Part shown: one piece after another, positions 48,799-58,631 of the stretch
Position numbering within the stretch: the first letter of the stretch is position 1
Layout: each line of letters starts with the position of its first letter
Assembly (NCBI GenBank): GCA_963692915.1
Contig: OY843584.1
Location: 96,001 to 160,000 of the forward strand
Source of the DNA: Cenarchaeum sp.
Lineage (GTDB): Archaea > Thermoproteota > Nitrososphaeria > Nitrososphaerales > Nitrosopumilaceae
Direction: 5' to 3'
Length of the DNA: 64,000 bases
Position numbers and translations under genes: made by a program
Notes under the pieces: model-generated
Seen by the model: the letters and a program-made list of their open reading frames with translations, nothing else
The model's database searches: none
Told to the model about the DNA's origin: nothing

Positions 48799-49725
48799 TT
48801 GCAGAGGCAGGGATCGGCCTCGCGCGTGGCCGTGTATTACGAGCTCACAAAGCCAAAGATATGGTACCTACTTGCGTTCACGGCCTTTGGCGCGACGATA
48901 ACTGCGTCCAACGTGTACGGCGTTGACGTGTCGGGAGTGACGTGGGCGCTCGTGCTGGGCAGCGTGATTGCCGGCTCGGCTGCTGCCAACACGCTGACAA
49001 ACTATCACGACAGGGACATTGACGCCATAATGGAGCGCACGCGCGACCGGCCAATCCCGTCCGGACGCATAACGCCCGAGAATGCGCGCAACTTTGGCCT
49101 CGCCCTTGCCGTAATGTCAGTTGTCATGGCATTTGGAATATCGGCGACCACGACACTCGAGCAGGGCACGTGGGCCGCCGTGTTTATTGCATTCGGGCTG
49201 CTCAACAATATTCTCGTGTACTCTTATGGGCTAAAGCGCCGCAGCTGGACCAACATTATACTTGGGGGCATATGCGGCGGCTCGCCTCCGATGGTCGGCT
49301 GGGTTGCAGTGACAATGTCAGATCTCTGGACTATGGGCCTTGTCATGGCAGGCCTCGTCTTTATCTGGATACCGCTCCACATCTGGAGCCTGACTCTGCA
49401 CTTTAAATCTGACTACAATGCTGTCAAAGTGCCGATGCTCACTGCGGTGAAATCCGAGGGTGCGTCTGCGCGAATTATTGCGGCCTCGACCGTCATAATG
49501 GTCGTCTTTAGCGTTGTGCCGTTCTTTTTGGAGCTAGAGGGCGGCGAACCGATGACCGGTGCTGTCTACCTCTGGACCGCTATTGCGTCTGGCGCCCTCA
49601 TGGTGGCACTCTCGGCGTGGGTCGTGGCGCGGCCCTCGGAGAGCTCGTCATGGGTTCTCTTCAAGTTCTCTAGTCCGTATTTGGCAGTCCTGTTCATCGC
49701 CCTCATGGTAGATTCGGCGCTGTAG
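48799..49725 (+). CDS. cyoE: Protoheme IX farnesyltransferase (heme o synthase)
   Basis: ELTKPKI, DRDIDAIMERTRDRPIPSG, LKRRS, WIPLHIWSL. Confidence 0.94.
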   Translation: MQRQGSASRVAVYYELTKPKIWYLLAFTAFGATITASNVYGVDVSGVTWALVLGSVIAGSAAANTLTNYHDRDIDAIMERTRDRPIPSGRITPENARNFGLALAVMSVVMAFGISATTTLEQGTWAAVFIAFGLLNNILVYSYGLKRRSWTNIILGGICGGSPPMVGWVAVTMSDLWTMGLVMAGLVFIWIPLHIWSLTLHFKSDYNAVKVPMLTAVKSEGASARIIAASTVIMVVFSVVPFFLELEGGEPMTGAVYLWTAIASGALMVALSAWVVARPSESSSWVLFKFSSPYLAVLFIALMVDSAL

Positions 49726-49943
49726 ATGTAGGGTCTGTGTCACAAGGCTGGTTGCCGTACATGTGCCAGCTTTAGTTTCAGTCTTGAAATGCGTCTAGCC
49801 CGGCCTCGTTGGAGTCCAGTTCTCACCCTCAAACTCTTCTAGAAGCTCGGCTATGTATCATAGTCTGAGGATGGTATGCCTACGGTTGGAGCGCTTATCG
49901 CGACGATCTGTCCATGATATTTCAGCAGATTGCGCGTGTAAAT

Positions 49944-50055
49944 GTATGAGGTTAGCACCCCCGCCCGTTCATGCCTAGACAGGCGCCGAAGTGGCAGGCA
50001 GATCGACAGGATCACGCCTATTTGGCCAAATGAGCATGAGGTGTTGACCTCATAC
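49944..50055. mobile_element. 112-bp MITE-like element with 16-bp terminal inverted repeats and 8-bp target-site duplication
   Basis: Ends GTATGAGGTTAGCACC / GGTGTTGACCTCATAC (14 of 16 complementary); GTGTAAAT at 49936-49943 and 50056-50063. Confidence 0.85.
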
Positions 50056-50068
50056 GTGTAAATGTTTT

Positions 50069-52777
50069 TTATCGATCGGCATGTTTTTTGATTATGACGT
50101 GAACGTCATCTGGATCATATGCCACGTCCCACTCCCATTTACCAAACCTACCATCTGAATTTACTGTTTCAACCCATTCTTTCAACGCATCGTGTTTTTT
50201 TGTAGTTTGTTCATTATGTTGTCCTTTAATCTCTAAAATTAACGTGACATTATTTTCTAGCTGGACCAGATAATCAGGATTATAATTATGAATCTCTCCC
50301 TTAAATTGATATTTCACATTGAATCCTGATATGTAGTTTTTTACCCATGAAACAACTCTTTCATTTTTTTCTAATTCCTTGCTAGCTTGTTCTTCCCATT
50401 TATTGTCACACGGGCTAGGATTAATATGTGATTTTGTTGCATTGACAACTTTTTTTGTAGTGTACCATGCTTGCATATCATTAGTTGATTTTTGCTGTTT
50501 TGTGTCACCAAAAATTATTTTTTTAGATTTTGTGTTATCAGCTCGTATGAACTCATGTATGTACATGACAATAGTTTTCATGTTAAACATGATCGCTAAA
50601 TGTTTTCTTATTTTTAATTCATCTGTTAAATTTAAAAATTTAATTTTATCTAACTCGATAAATTTCTCAACAATTTTAACAATTTGAAAAAAAAGATAAT
50701 TTTTATTCCCTGACCATTCTGGGATTGTTATGTGATCATAGATATCACTTACAGTCTGAAAAATTATTGTTTGCATTCGTAATTTGTTGTAGGATTTTTG
50801 CAATGTTATCTCTGAAGCACGGCTGATGTCTAATTTTGAATCTAGCATTGGGGCTACGTGTATGGTTGTGGTGACTTTTGATCTAATCCTTAATGTTGAA
50901 ACTTTTTTCCAGTTGATTTTTAAAACTGGTGTGATTATAGTTTCTATTCTAGCTATGTTCGGCCAGCTTATCTCGTATTGAATATTTATTGGATCACATG
51001 CTATGCGTGTTTTCACCTTTTCTTTTCGAACCTTGCTTGGAGTGTTCTCATGTGGCAGAAATGAAAACGGTACTCCGAGTATATTGACATATTCTTTATC
51101 TAACAGACCAGTTTCAGGATCTATTTCATATGATAGGCGGCGTAAACCCCTGCCTACCACTTGTTCACATAAAAGTTGACTAGTAAATGCACGTAACCCC
51201 ATTATATGAGTGACATTTTTTGCATCCCATCCTTCAGACAGCATTTGTACTGCAATAATATTCATTATTTGTTCTCCGGGTTTGTCTTTTTGACCCACCG
51301 TGTTGATTATTTCACGAATAGCATCAGTTTTAGCAGATTGTTTTTCCCCACGTTCAGATTTTAAAACACTTGTATCGATACGACACATTCTATTTTCATC
51401 TGCCAATTCTTCAAATTTATATATGCTATTCTTAAAAAAATGTACTACTCTTGCTGATGTATGTACACTATTGCATACAGTAATCATTACAGGGTTTATA
51501 TTTGATTTTTTCAGCTCTTTTCTTTTCATCGCCCAATCATTTCCGAGTAATATGTATGCGTTACGGACTAAATCGGGTAATATTGTTTCGGGTTTTTTTG
51601 CGCCTTTTAGATCGCTTTTTACTTTGTCATTGTCGTATATATGATAATATTTGGAACGATCACCGTACTTGAGCGATTTGCCATCATCACCTGCAGGCAT
51701 ACGTGGAGTTTTTACAAGACCAGATTCTATAGCATCGTTAAGTGAAAAATCAGAAATTATCCATTTGAATAAAATATCATCGTTTGGCTTCTTTTGGCTT
51801 GGAATAAACGGCGTAGCTGTAAAATCAAAGCATGTGACAATAGTTCGTGCTCTATCTAATTTATCAAGTCCCTCGATCCATAACGTGGCCATCAGCTCAT
51901 CCATGTTTGATTCAAAGTCTGAATGTTTTTCATGACCATCTTTAAGTTTTCTCCACGCATGGTGTGCTTCATCATTTATCACTATTATGTTGTTATACTT
52001 ATGCTCCAAAATCCTTTTCGCGAATGCTTCATCGCTTTCAACTCCCCTGCGAACCACACTGTGAGGTTGATCTTCTACTGGTTTCAGCGTGTGCCAATTA
52101 TGAATTTTTAATTTTCCATGTCTTAGATTTTCATACATTGAATCTGGTATTATCGAATAAAGATGGTAATAACTATTTTCTTGATCAGGCGGCCATAGCA
52201 CTTGCAGTCGTGATTTTACAGTAAGTCCTGGAGCAACAACCACAATGTGTTTTGAAAATCTTTTATCTTGTGGATATGACACTTTGTTTAATATTTGCCA
52301 TGCGATTACCATTGCCATTACCACCGTTTTTCCTGTCCCTGTTGCCATTTTTGAACACAATCTTTTGAACAGTCCACCATCACTGCCTAGTCCGAGTTCT
52401 TTTTTTTCTGATTCGGGAGCCTCTATCATCCAAATTATTGTTTCTATAGCTTCCAATTGACAAAAGAAAAAACGATGTGCTTGACGCATAGTTGGATCGT
52501 TCCAAAATTCTAGAAGTTGCCTTGTTATTCCTGTGACCCCTGGATAACCTTTGTCTCTCCATCGATCTACTCGCTCTCTTATGATGTTTACAGATTGTAT
52601 GGGATAAAATGCTCCCGGATCATCAATAGCATTGTTTTCTGGAGACGCAATTATGTATCCTGCTGGCCTCCTTTTTCCAACAATGCGTTCAGGCTTGCGT
52701 GTCTCGAGATTAAATTTCCAGTACTCTTTGGGTTTTTCATACGGGTTGCATATTATCAATTGATCGATTTCGTCCAA
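50069..52777 (-). CDS. res: Type III restriction enzyme Res subunit
   Basis: FFCQLEAIET, KMATGTGKT, DEAHH, MLSEGWDAKNV, EQVVGRGLR, C-terminal nuclease PDY...ILEIKG; AT-rich. Confidence 0.92.
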   Translation of the reverse strand: MDEIDQLIICNPYEKPKEYWKFNLETRKPERIVGKRRPAGYIIASPENNAIDDPGAFYPIQSVNIIRERVDRWRDKGYPGVTGITRQLLEFWNDPTMRQAHRFFFCQLEAIETIIWMIEAPESEKKELGLGSDGGLFKRLCSKMATGTGKTVVMAMVIAWQILNKVSYPQDKRFSKHIVVVAPGLTVKSRLQVLWPPDQENSYYHLYSIIPDSMYENLRHGKLKIHNWHTLKPVEDQPHSVVRRGVESDEAFAKRILEHKYNNIIVINDEAHHAWRKLKDGHEKHSDFESNMDELMATLWIEGLDKLDRARTIVTCFDFTATPFIPSQKKPNDDILFKWIISDFSLNDAIESGLVKTPRMPAGDDGKSLKYGDRSKYYHIYDNDKVKSDLKGAKKPETILPDLVRNAYILLGNDWAMKRKELKKSNINPVMITVCNSVHTSARVVHFFKNSIYKFEELADENRMCRIDTSVLKSERGEKQSAKTDAIREIINTVGQKDKPGEQIMNIIAVQMLSEGWDAKNVTHIMGLRAFTSQLLCEQVVGRGLRRLSYEIDPETGLLDKEYVNILGVPFSFLPHENTPSKVRKEKVKTRIACDPINIQYEISWPNIARIETIITPVLKINWKKVSTLRIRSKVTTTIHVAPMLDSKLDISRASEITLQKSYNKLRMQTIIFQTVSDIYDHITIPEWSGNKNYLFFQIVKIVEKFIELDKIKFLNLTDELKIRKHLAIMFNMKTIVMYIHEFIRADNTKSKKIIFGDTKQQKSTNDMQAWYTTKKVVNATKSHINPSPCDNKWEEQASKELEKNERVVSWVKNYISGFNVKYQFKGEIHNYNPDYLVQLENNVTLILEIKGQHNEQTTKKHDALKEWVETVNSDGRFGKWEWDVAYDPDDVHVIIKKHADR

Positions 52778-52780
52778 ATC

Positions 52781-55353
52781 TCATGGCTCCATAATTCGTA
52801 ATGTTTCTATTCCTCTATCATCGATTATTTTGACTGCAATTTTTTTATTTGCTCCCAATTTAAATGGTATAGATACTATTCCTGAATATTTCTCTAATAA
52901 ATATTCCTCAACATATGGTTTTAATGTTTTTGCTATTCTATTCCATGAGCTTTGTATATCCAACATTGGAAAAAATACTTGTTGTGGGTATATGCTTCGC
53001 CCATCATAATCTGTATCTAACATCCACATAGCAATACGTGTTGGATCGCCAGGTTCGACCTTATTTGTTATTGTATTGTAATAATCAAATCCATTAATCT
53101 TTACTTCCCAATCATTTTTTTTCTTTTTAAGTTCCACATCAGGCTGCCCTATTAGCATGAATGATTCATTTTTTCTTTGTTTACTTTTTAAATCACTTGT
53201 AAACAAATCGCCGTTTATCTGAGCTTTTAATATTACAATGCCGGGCCATCTGAGTTCATCTATGTCTTTTGCTGCTTCGGGATCAAACTGCAACGCTGCA
53301 AAAATCACCATTGCGGGTTTTTCACCTAATTTACGAACCTCTTGTATCGCATTTTCAACCTGACGTTGTTCAAGAGGTGTATGTGCAGATCCAAACGATA
53401 TTAAAACAGTTTTTGTTTCATTTCCGTTTGTTTTAGCTTTTGCATGTAACCACCTGGTTGTTGGATGTGGATCTACACTTAAAAATTTTATTTTTTGCCT
53501 ATTTTTCCCAACAATTCCAGTTTTTAACAACTCTTGGCGCCAATCAGATTGCCTTTTACTTTCGTTGTTTTCTAGATCTGATTCTTTATATTGATTAACA
53601 TACATTAGATCTAATGACTTGGCCGTTGGTGATGGTACTGCTTCTACTGTGAACGGGCCTGACACTCTTGCCTTTGACGAATCTTTGTCTGGGCAATCAT
53701 ACAAAATCACATTGTTGGGTTCTTCATCTTGTGATATTGATTTTTGAGTTATTTGTTGTATTTTTTTATATGAAAATCCAGCATCAATACCCTGGTCAGG
53801 ATTTTCTAATTTATAATATTTATAAGTCGCAGTCATTAATCTTCTTTTTGTTAATGCAATTGCTACGCGTGATGTGTCACATGTAATCCAACGTCTCCCA
53901 AATTCTTCTGCTACGAATGCGGTTGTCCCAGATCCGCAAGTAGGATCTAATATGAGATCACCTGGATCGCTAGTCATCAATATGAATCGACGAATTACTT
54001 TAGCTGTGGTTTGAACAACATATATCTTGTTTTCAAATCCCCCACTACTTGTGTCATCCCACATATTCTGAAGCTCGGCATATTCAAAATCATTGAAATA
54101 ACGCACATATGATAACCTGTTGCCATTTTTCATAATTCGATTTTTTGCAATCAGATTTTTCATGCCTTTAAGTGATGTTTTCCAATGACTATGTTGACCG
54201 GGTGTGAACACTTCACCGTCAAATATGAGAGAGTCGTCAGTCTTTGACTTGCCCTGAGATGTTGTGGCTGCAAGCCTATAAATTTTTGATCTTGGCGGTA
54301 TACTAAGTGGATTATCTCTTTGCTCTTTTGTCATTCTTATACGTTCGTCCTTATTTAATTCTAAATATTTGTAATTTGGATCATTGATGGGCAACTCTTT
54401 TTTTGTATACAGTTTATGAGATTTTAACAGTTTTTTATTTTTTGCATACCATACAATATAATCAAACACCACTGAAATATGTGTACTTGTAGAATTTGAT
54501 GTTTTTCTAAATGAGATTATGCTTACAAAATTCTCATATCCAAACACTTCATCCATTATTATGCGTACATAATGCAAATTATCATCAGAAATTTGTACTC
54601 CACAACTTCCGGTTTCATTTAGTAGCTCTTTTGCTAAAATTAACCGATCGCGCAAGTATCCCAAGTATGAATGAATTTCATGCTTCCATGTGTCTCTATA
54701 CGCTGTTACCATTTCTGGTTCTTGTGTGAGATCATCATCATTACGATCTTTAACACTAATTTTATTTACAAACGGTTGAAAGTTTGACTTATATTCAATA
54801 CCGTATGGTGGATCTATGTATATTGTTTGAATTTTTCCTGCAAAATTTTCTTTTTGTAGTAGAGAATTCATAACTAACAGGGAATCCCCGGCAATTAATC
54901 GATTTGACCAATTATGTGAATGTTGATAAAATTGCAATGCTTCTCGTAACGGAAGATTGTATTCATCATGATCAAAATGAAGGGTGATTTTTTGTTGGAT
55001 GTGAGTCTCTGGCTTCAGAATTTTATCAATAATTGTTATAGGATCAATACGTTCATGTTGATGTAGCGACACTGTATCGATTTCAAAATTTCCACCTTTT
55101 TGTTTCTCAAACCAGACTAATACCGGGTCTAAATGAGGGTCATATTCGTATTTGGTTGGATCATGATCACGATCTGTGTTGGGATCAACAAGCCCTACGG
55201 GTGGGTTATTTGGTCGTGCGCTACTGTGATAATACTGCTGAATGCGTTCTCGTGGCTTGGGTTTTGACTTTGATGCTTTTGTGACTTTATTTTTTGACTT
55301 TTTGCTGGGGGGGGGGGTCGTCGTGTTCCTATTTTCGTTTTAGTCAATGGCAT
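52781..55353 (-). CDS. mod: Type III R-M adenine methyltransferase Mod, frameshifted at a G11 tract near the 5' end
   Basis: IDPPYG and DPTCGSGTT motifs. The Mod frame stays open upstream of GTG 55072 (RPNNPPVGLV, YDPHLDP) and through the tract; ATG 55353 is one base out of frame. Confidence 0.85.
55307..55317. repeat. G11 homopolymer (C11 on the coding strand) inside the 5' end of mod
   Basis: Directly visible; stands out in an AT-rich island. Confidence 0.95.
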
Positions 55354-55661
55354 ACCCCCACTATAACCACACGGCTTGCGTTGTTATATGTAAAACACAT
55401 AGTGTTGACATACTTATAGAGTTGAGTGTTCCCATAGCATTCTTTCTGGGTCATTGCTAACGCCCACTCGCAAGTTATTTTCTATATATAGGTACCAGCG
55501 CATATTGGTCATATTCCCTATGTTTTCTACAGGGTGGATGTGATTCTTCAGACGACTATTATTTCTGGCGTATTCTATGGTTTTACGTTTTGTCTGATCT
55601 GCCAGGGTAATAGTTCTGTACGCCTAGGCATTAATATGGCTCCCACTCGACGCCCGCCTGA

Positions 55662-56513
55662 ATGGCAAAGGCGACAGTCGGCATATCCATAGTGGGGCGT
55701 GACCACGAGGGAGTCGTGGCCGCGTTCACGTCATACGCGTTCCAGGGAGGGGCCAACATTGAAAAGATCACGCAGAACGTCATAAAGGGCCTCTTTGGCA
55801 TGTACCTCGAGGTCTCATTCTCCCGTCCCCCGGACCGCAAGTCATTTGACGCCGGGCTGCAGAAACTCGCCAAATCGCACGGCATGGAGGTCAGCGCGCA
55901 CCACGAGGACGGCACGACAAAGCAGATCGCAGTCTTTGTGACTCGCGAGCCGCACTGCCTCGAGGCCATACTCGCCGCACAAAAGTCACTGCGCGGCAAG
56001 GTCGCCGTCGTCGTGGGAACCACGAGGTCACTTGCGCCAATGTGCAAAAAGGCGCGCGTCCCGTTCATGGCCATCGAGGAGCGCAACCAGGAAAAGGCCG
56101 AGGCAAAACTGCTGAAAATCTGCAGAGAAAAGAACATCGACGTCATCGTCCTGGCCCGATACATGCGAATACTCACGCCAAACTTTGTCTGGCGCTATCC
56201 AAACCGCATAATCAACGTTCACCCTTCACTCCTGCCGGCGTTTCCCGGCGCATCGGCATACGCGCAGGCGCACGAGCGCGGCACAAAGATCGCCGGAGTC
56301 ACGACACACTATGTTACCGAGAGCCTTGACCAGGGCCCGATAATCACACAGCGCTCGTTTGAGATTCGCGCAGACGATGCGCTTGAAAAGATAAAGGTCG
56401 CAGGACAGAGACTAGAGGCGCGCGCGCTCCTAGAGTCACTAAAGATGCACCTTGCTGGCAGGCTCGAGGTTCGATGGCGAAAGGTTCACGCAAGGACGAC
56501 ACGGCGCAAGTAG
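55662..56513 (+). CDS. purU: Formyltetrahydrofolate deformylase
   Basis: N-terminal ACT domain; LARYMRIL, INVHPSLLPAFPGA, LDQGPII. Confidence 0.93.
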   Translation: MAKATVGISIVGRDHEGVVAAFTSYAFQGGANIEKITQNVIKGLFGMYLEVSFSRPPDRKSFDAGLQKLAKSHGMEVSAHHEDGTTKQIAVFVTREPHCLEAILAAQKSLRGKVAVVVGTTRSLAPMCKKARVPFMAIEERNQEKAEAKLLKICREKNIDVIVLARYMRILTPNFVWRYPNRIINVHPSLLPAFPGASAYAQAHERGTKIAGVTTHYVTESLDQGPIITQRSFEIRADDALEKIKVAGQRLEARALLESLKMHLAGRLEVRWRKVHARTTRRK

Positions 56514-57241
56514 CATCAAAGGCTGATGCTGCTGCGCTGCGCGCGCTGCGCCGGCGGGTCGCAGTCCTTCCGGTCGGCGCAATCGAGCAGCACGGCGCGC
56601 ACCTGCCTGTCTCTACTGATGCTGACATTGCCACCGAGATATCGCGCAGGCTCTGCCAAATCTCCGGCTATGCGCTCCTCCCGACGTTCTCGTACGGCTC
56701 GTCCCTCGAGCACGCGCCGCGACTCAACATGAGCCTGCGCGGCCCCACGCTGCGAGCCGCCGTGCGCGACATCGCCGCCTCGGCTGCTGACGCCGGCGCG
56801 ACTGCGCTCATCGTCCTCAATGCGCACCACGGAAACAGGGCACACCTCGCGCGCCTTCCAAGCCGCATACGCGGCCACTCGGGCAGCCGGACGGTCTGCT
56901 GCATCGTGGTCCACTATTGGCACCTCATGGACGCCGAGATGGGCCACGCCGGCCACACCGAGACGTCGATCATGCTCGCGCTAGGATCGGCGGACATGGC
57001 CAGGGCCCGCCGCGGGTACGTCGAGCCGGCCTCGATGACTGCCCGCCAGAGGGCCGCGGCCGCACGCCTCTCCTCGAGGTCGTTTCTGGCCGTCGCCAAA
57101 AACGGCGTCTGGGGCGACCCCAGGGGGGCCACGCGCCGGATCGGCGAGTCGCTCCTCGCCGAGATCGCAGGCAACGTCGCTGACGAGTGCGCCAGACTCC
57201 TGCGTGCCGCCCCACGCACGCGCACACGCCAGAAACGATGA
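56474..57241 (+). CDS. Creatininase family amidohydrolase (ArfB-like)
   Basis: PVGAIEQHGAHLPVSTD, NAHHGN, HAGHTETS, NGVWGDP. Confidence 0.88.
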   Translation: MAKGSRKDDTAQVASKADAAALRALRRRVAVLPVGAIEQHGAHLPVSTDADIATEISRRLCQISGYALLPTFSYGSSLEHAPRLNMSLRGPTLRAAVRDIAASAADAGATALIVLNAHHGNRAHLARLPSRIRGHSGSRTVCCIVVHYWHLMDAEMGHAGHTETSIMLALGSADMARARRGYVEPASMTARQRAAAARLSSRSFLAVAKNGVWGDPRGATRRIGESLLAEIAGNVADECARLLRAAPRTRTRQKR

Positions 57242-57291
57242 AATTTTAATATACTACGGCCCTGGCCACGCGTCTCGGAGCAGATGCGGAT

Positions 57292-57528
57292 TTGTCAGTA
57301 GACATGGCAGTAAAGGTTCTCGATGAGAGCATAAACAAGGTGGTTCTAATCAAGATAAAGGGCAACAAGACGATCAGGGGCAACCTTTTGGGCTTTGACC
57401 AGCACATGAACCTCCTGCTCGACCAGGCCGAAGAGTCCGCCGCAGGCGGCGAGCCGGTGAGCCTGGGCACGATCGTCGTGCGCGGCGACAATGTCATAAT
57501 GATATCGCCGTCACTCACGGAGGGATAG
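57292..57528 (+). CDS. Sm-like (LSm) RNA-binding protein
   Basis: [14 protein letters not shown] and VVRGDNVI; upstream of rpl37e. Confidence 0.95.
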   Translation: MSVDMAVKVLDESINKVVLIKIKGNKTIRGNLLGFDQHMNLLLDQAEESAAGGEPVSLGTIVVRGDNVIMISPSLTEG

Positions 57529-57532
57529 GCAG

Positions 57533-57700
57533 ATGGTCAAGGGCACCACCTCTATGGGAGGCTTTACGCGCAAAAAGACCCACATCCGGTGCCGCAGGTG
57601 CGGCAAGAACGCGTTTCACAAGAGACACGGCCGGTGCGCAAGCTGCGGCTTTCCGGATCCAAAGATCAGGCGCTACTCGTGGATAAAGTGGTACACATAG
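57533..57700 (+). CDS. rpl37e: 50S ribosomal protein L37e
   Basis: Hand translation: [55 protein letters not shown]. Confidence 0.95.
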   Translation: MVKGTTSMGGFTRKKTHIRCRRCGKNAFHKRHGRCASCGFPDPKIRRYSWIKWYT

Positions 57701-57704
57701 GGCC

Positions 57705-58631
57705 ATGTCCGTCGAGCTCTTTCTTAGCGCCGTTGCGGGGGCAGCAACGGCCGCTGGGGCGTCAAAGCTCTCCCTCTTTCGCGCGCGTGTCCCGCGCATC
57801 GGCGCCAGCCCGCGCATAAGCGCGCAGGTCCGCTCACTAGAGTCCCAAAAGCGCATCCTCGAAAAGTCGATCGCGCGCCTCAACACGGGAACCATGGGAC
57901 TGACCGATGCCCAGCGTGATGCGCTCCTTGCAAAGTACCAGCGCGAGCTCGGCGAGATCGGGACGCGCCTCGAGGGCCTAGAGGAGGCCTCAAAGCACCC
58001 AGACCTTGGCGCGCTCGGCGACGGCCTAGTGACCATTATGGACCAGCGCCTCTCCGAGCTCGACGGCAAGTTCGGCGAGCTCTCTGCAAGGATTGCCTCT
58101 GCGCAGGCCGAGCGGGCAGAAAAGCCAAAGCAATCGCGCCCGCCGACACCGCCGCGCGAGGCGCCGCGTCCGGCACCCGTGGTGCCGCAGCCTCGCAAGG
58201 CGCAGGCCAGCATGGAGCTCACGACGCTCACGCAGGTTCCGGCCGGCGCAACGCCGCCGCCGATCGTGCCGCTTGCTCCGCAGGGCACGGTGCCCGCGCC
58301 GAGCCCGCAGCCCCCAAGGGTTCCTGAAGTGCAGCCGCCAGTGGTGCCCGCCGAGCCGACGACGGTTCCAGACATGCAGCCTGAGGTGCAGCCTGCCCCC
58401 AAACCGGCAACTGTTCCGGACACGCCGCCGTCTCGGCCGCCGACGACGGTTCCTGAAGCTCAGCCTGTGGCGCCAAGGCCAGCTGACTCTCCGCCACCGC
58501 CAAAGGTCGGCACGCCGCCCATAGAGGAGCTCGACATTGACGGCGATGACGCCGACGAGGACGACCTCGCAAAGATAAAGCGCGACATACTAAAGACGCT
58601 CAACAGGCTGGACCAGGCAGAGGTGGAATAG
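57705..58631 (+). CDS. Hypothetical protein: N-terminal anchor, coiled coil, Pro-rich linker, C-terminal helix
   Basis: Operonic between rpl37e and rpiA; repeated TTVP(D/E)xQP segments. Confidence 0.8.
   Translation: MSVELFLSAVAGAATAAGASKLSLFRARVPRIGASPRISAQVRSLESQKRILEKSIARLNTGTMGLTDAQRDALLAKYQRELGEIGTRLEGLEEASKHPDLGALGDGLVTIMDQRLSELDGKFGELSARIASAQAERAEKPKQSRPPTPPREAPRPAPVVPQPRKAQASMELTTLTQVPAGATPPPIVPLAPQGTVPAPSPQPPRVPEVQPPVVPAEPTTVPDMQPEVQPAPKPATVPDTPPSRPPTTVPEAQPVAPRPADSPPPPKVGTPPIEELDIDGDDADEDDLAKIKRDILKTLNRLDQAEVE

Noticed and set aside
49730-49930. Gene remnant on the minus strand (LLKYHGQIVAIS...)
   Set aside because: Only short, stop-interrupted frames; cannot be assigned.
21024-50055. 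Dispersed palindromes as integron attC sites or CRISPR repeats
   Set aside because: No regular repeat-spacer array, cas genes or integron integrase; a target duplication plus terminal inverted repeats fit a transposon-derived element better.
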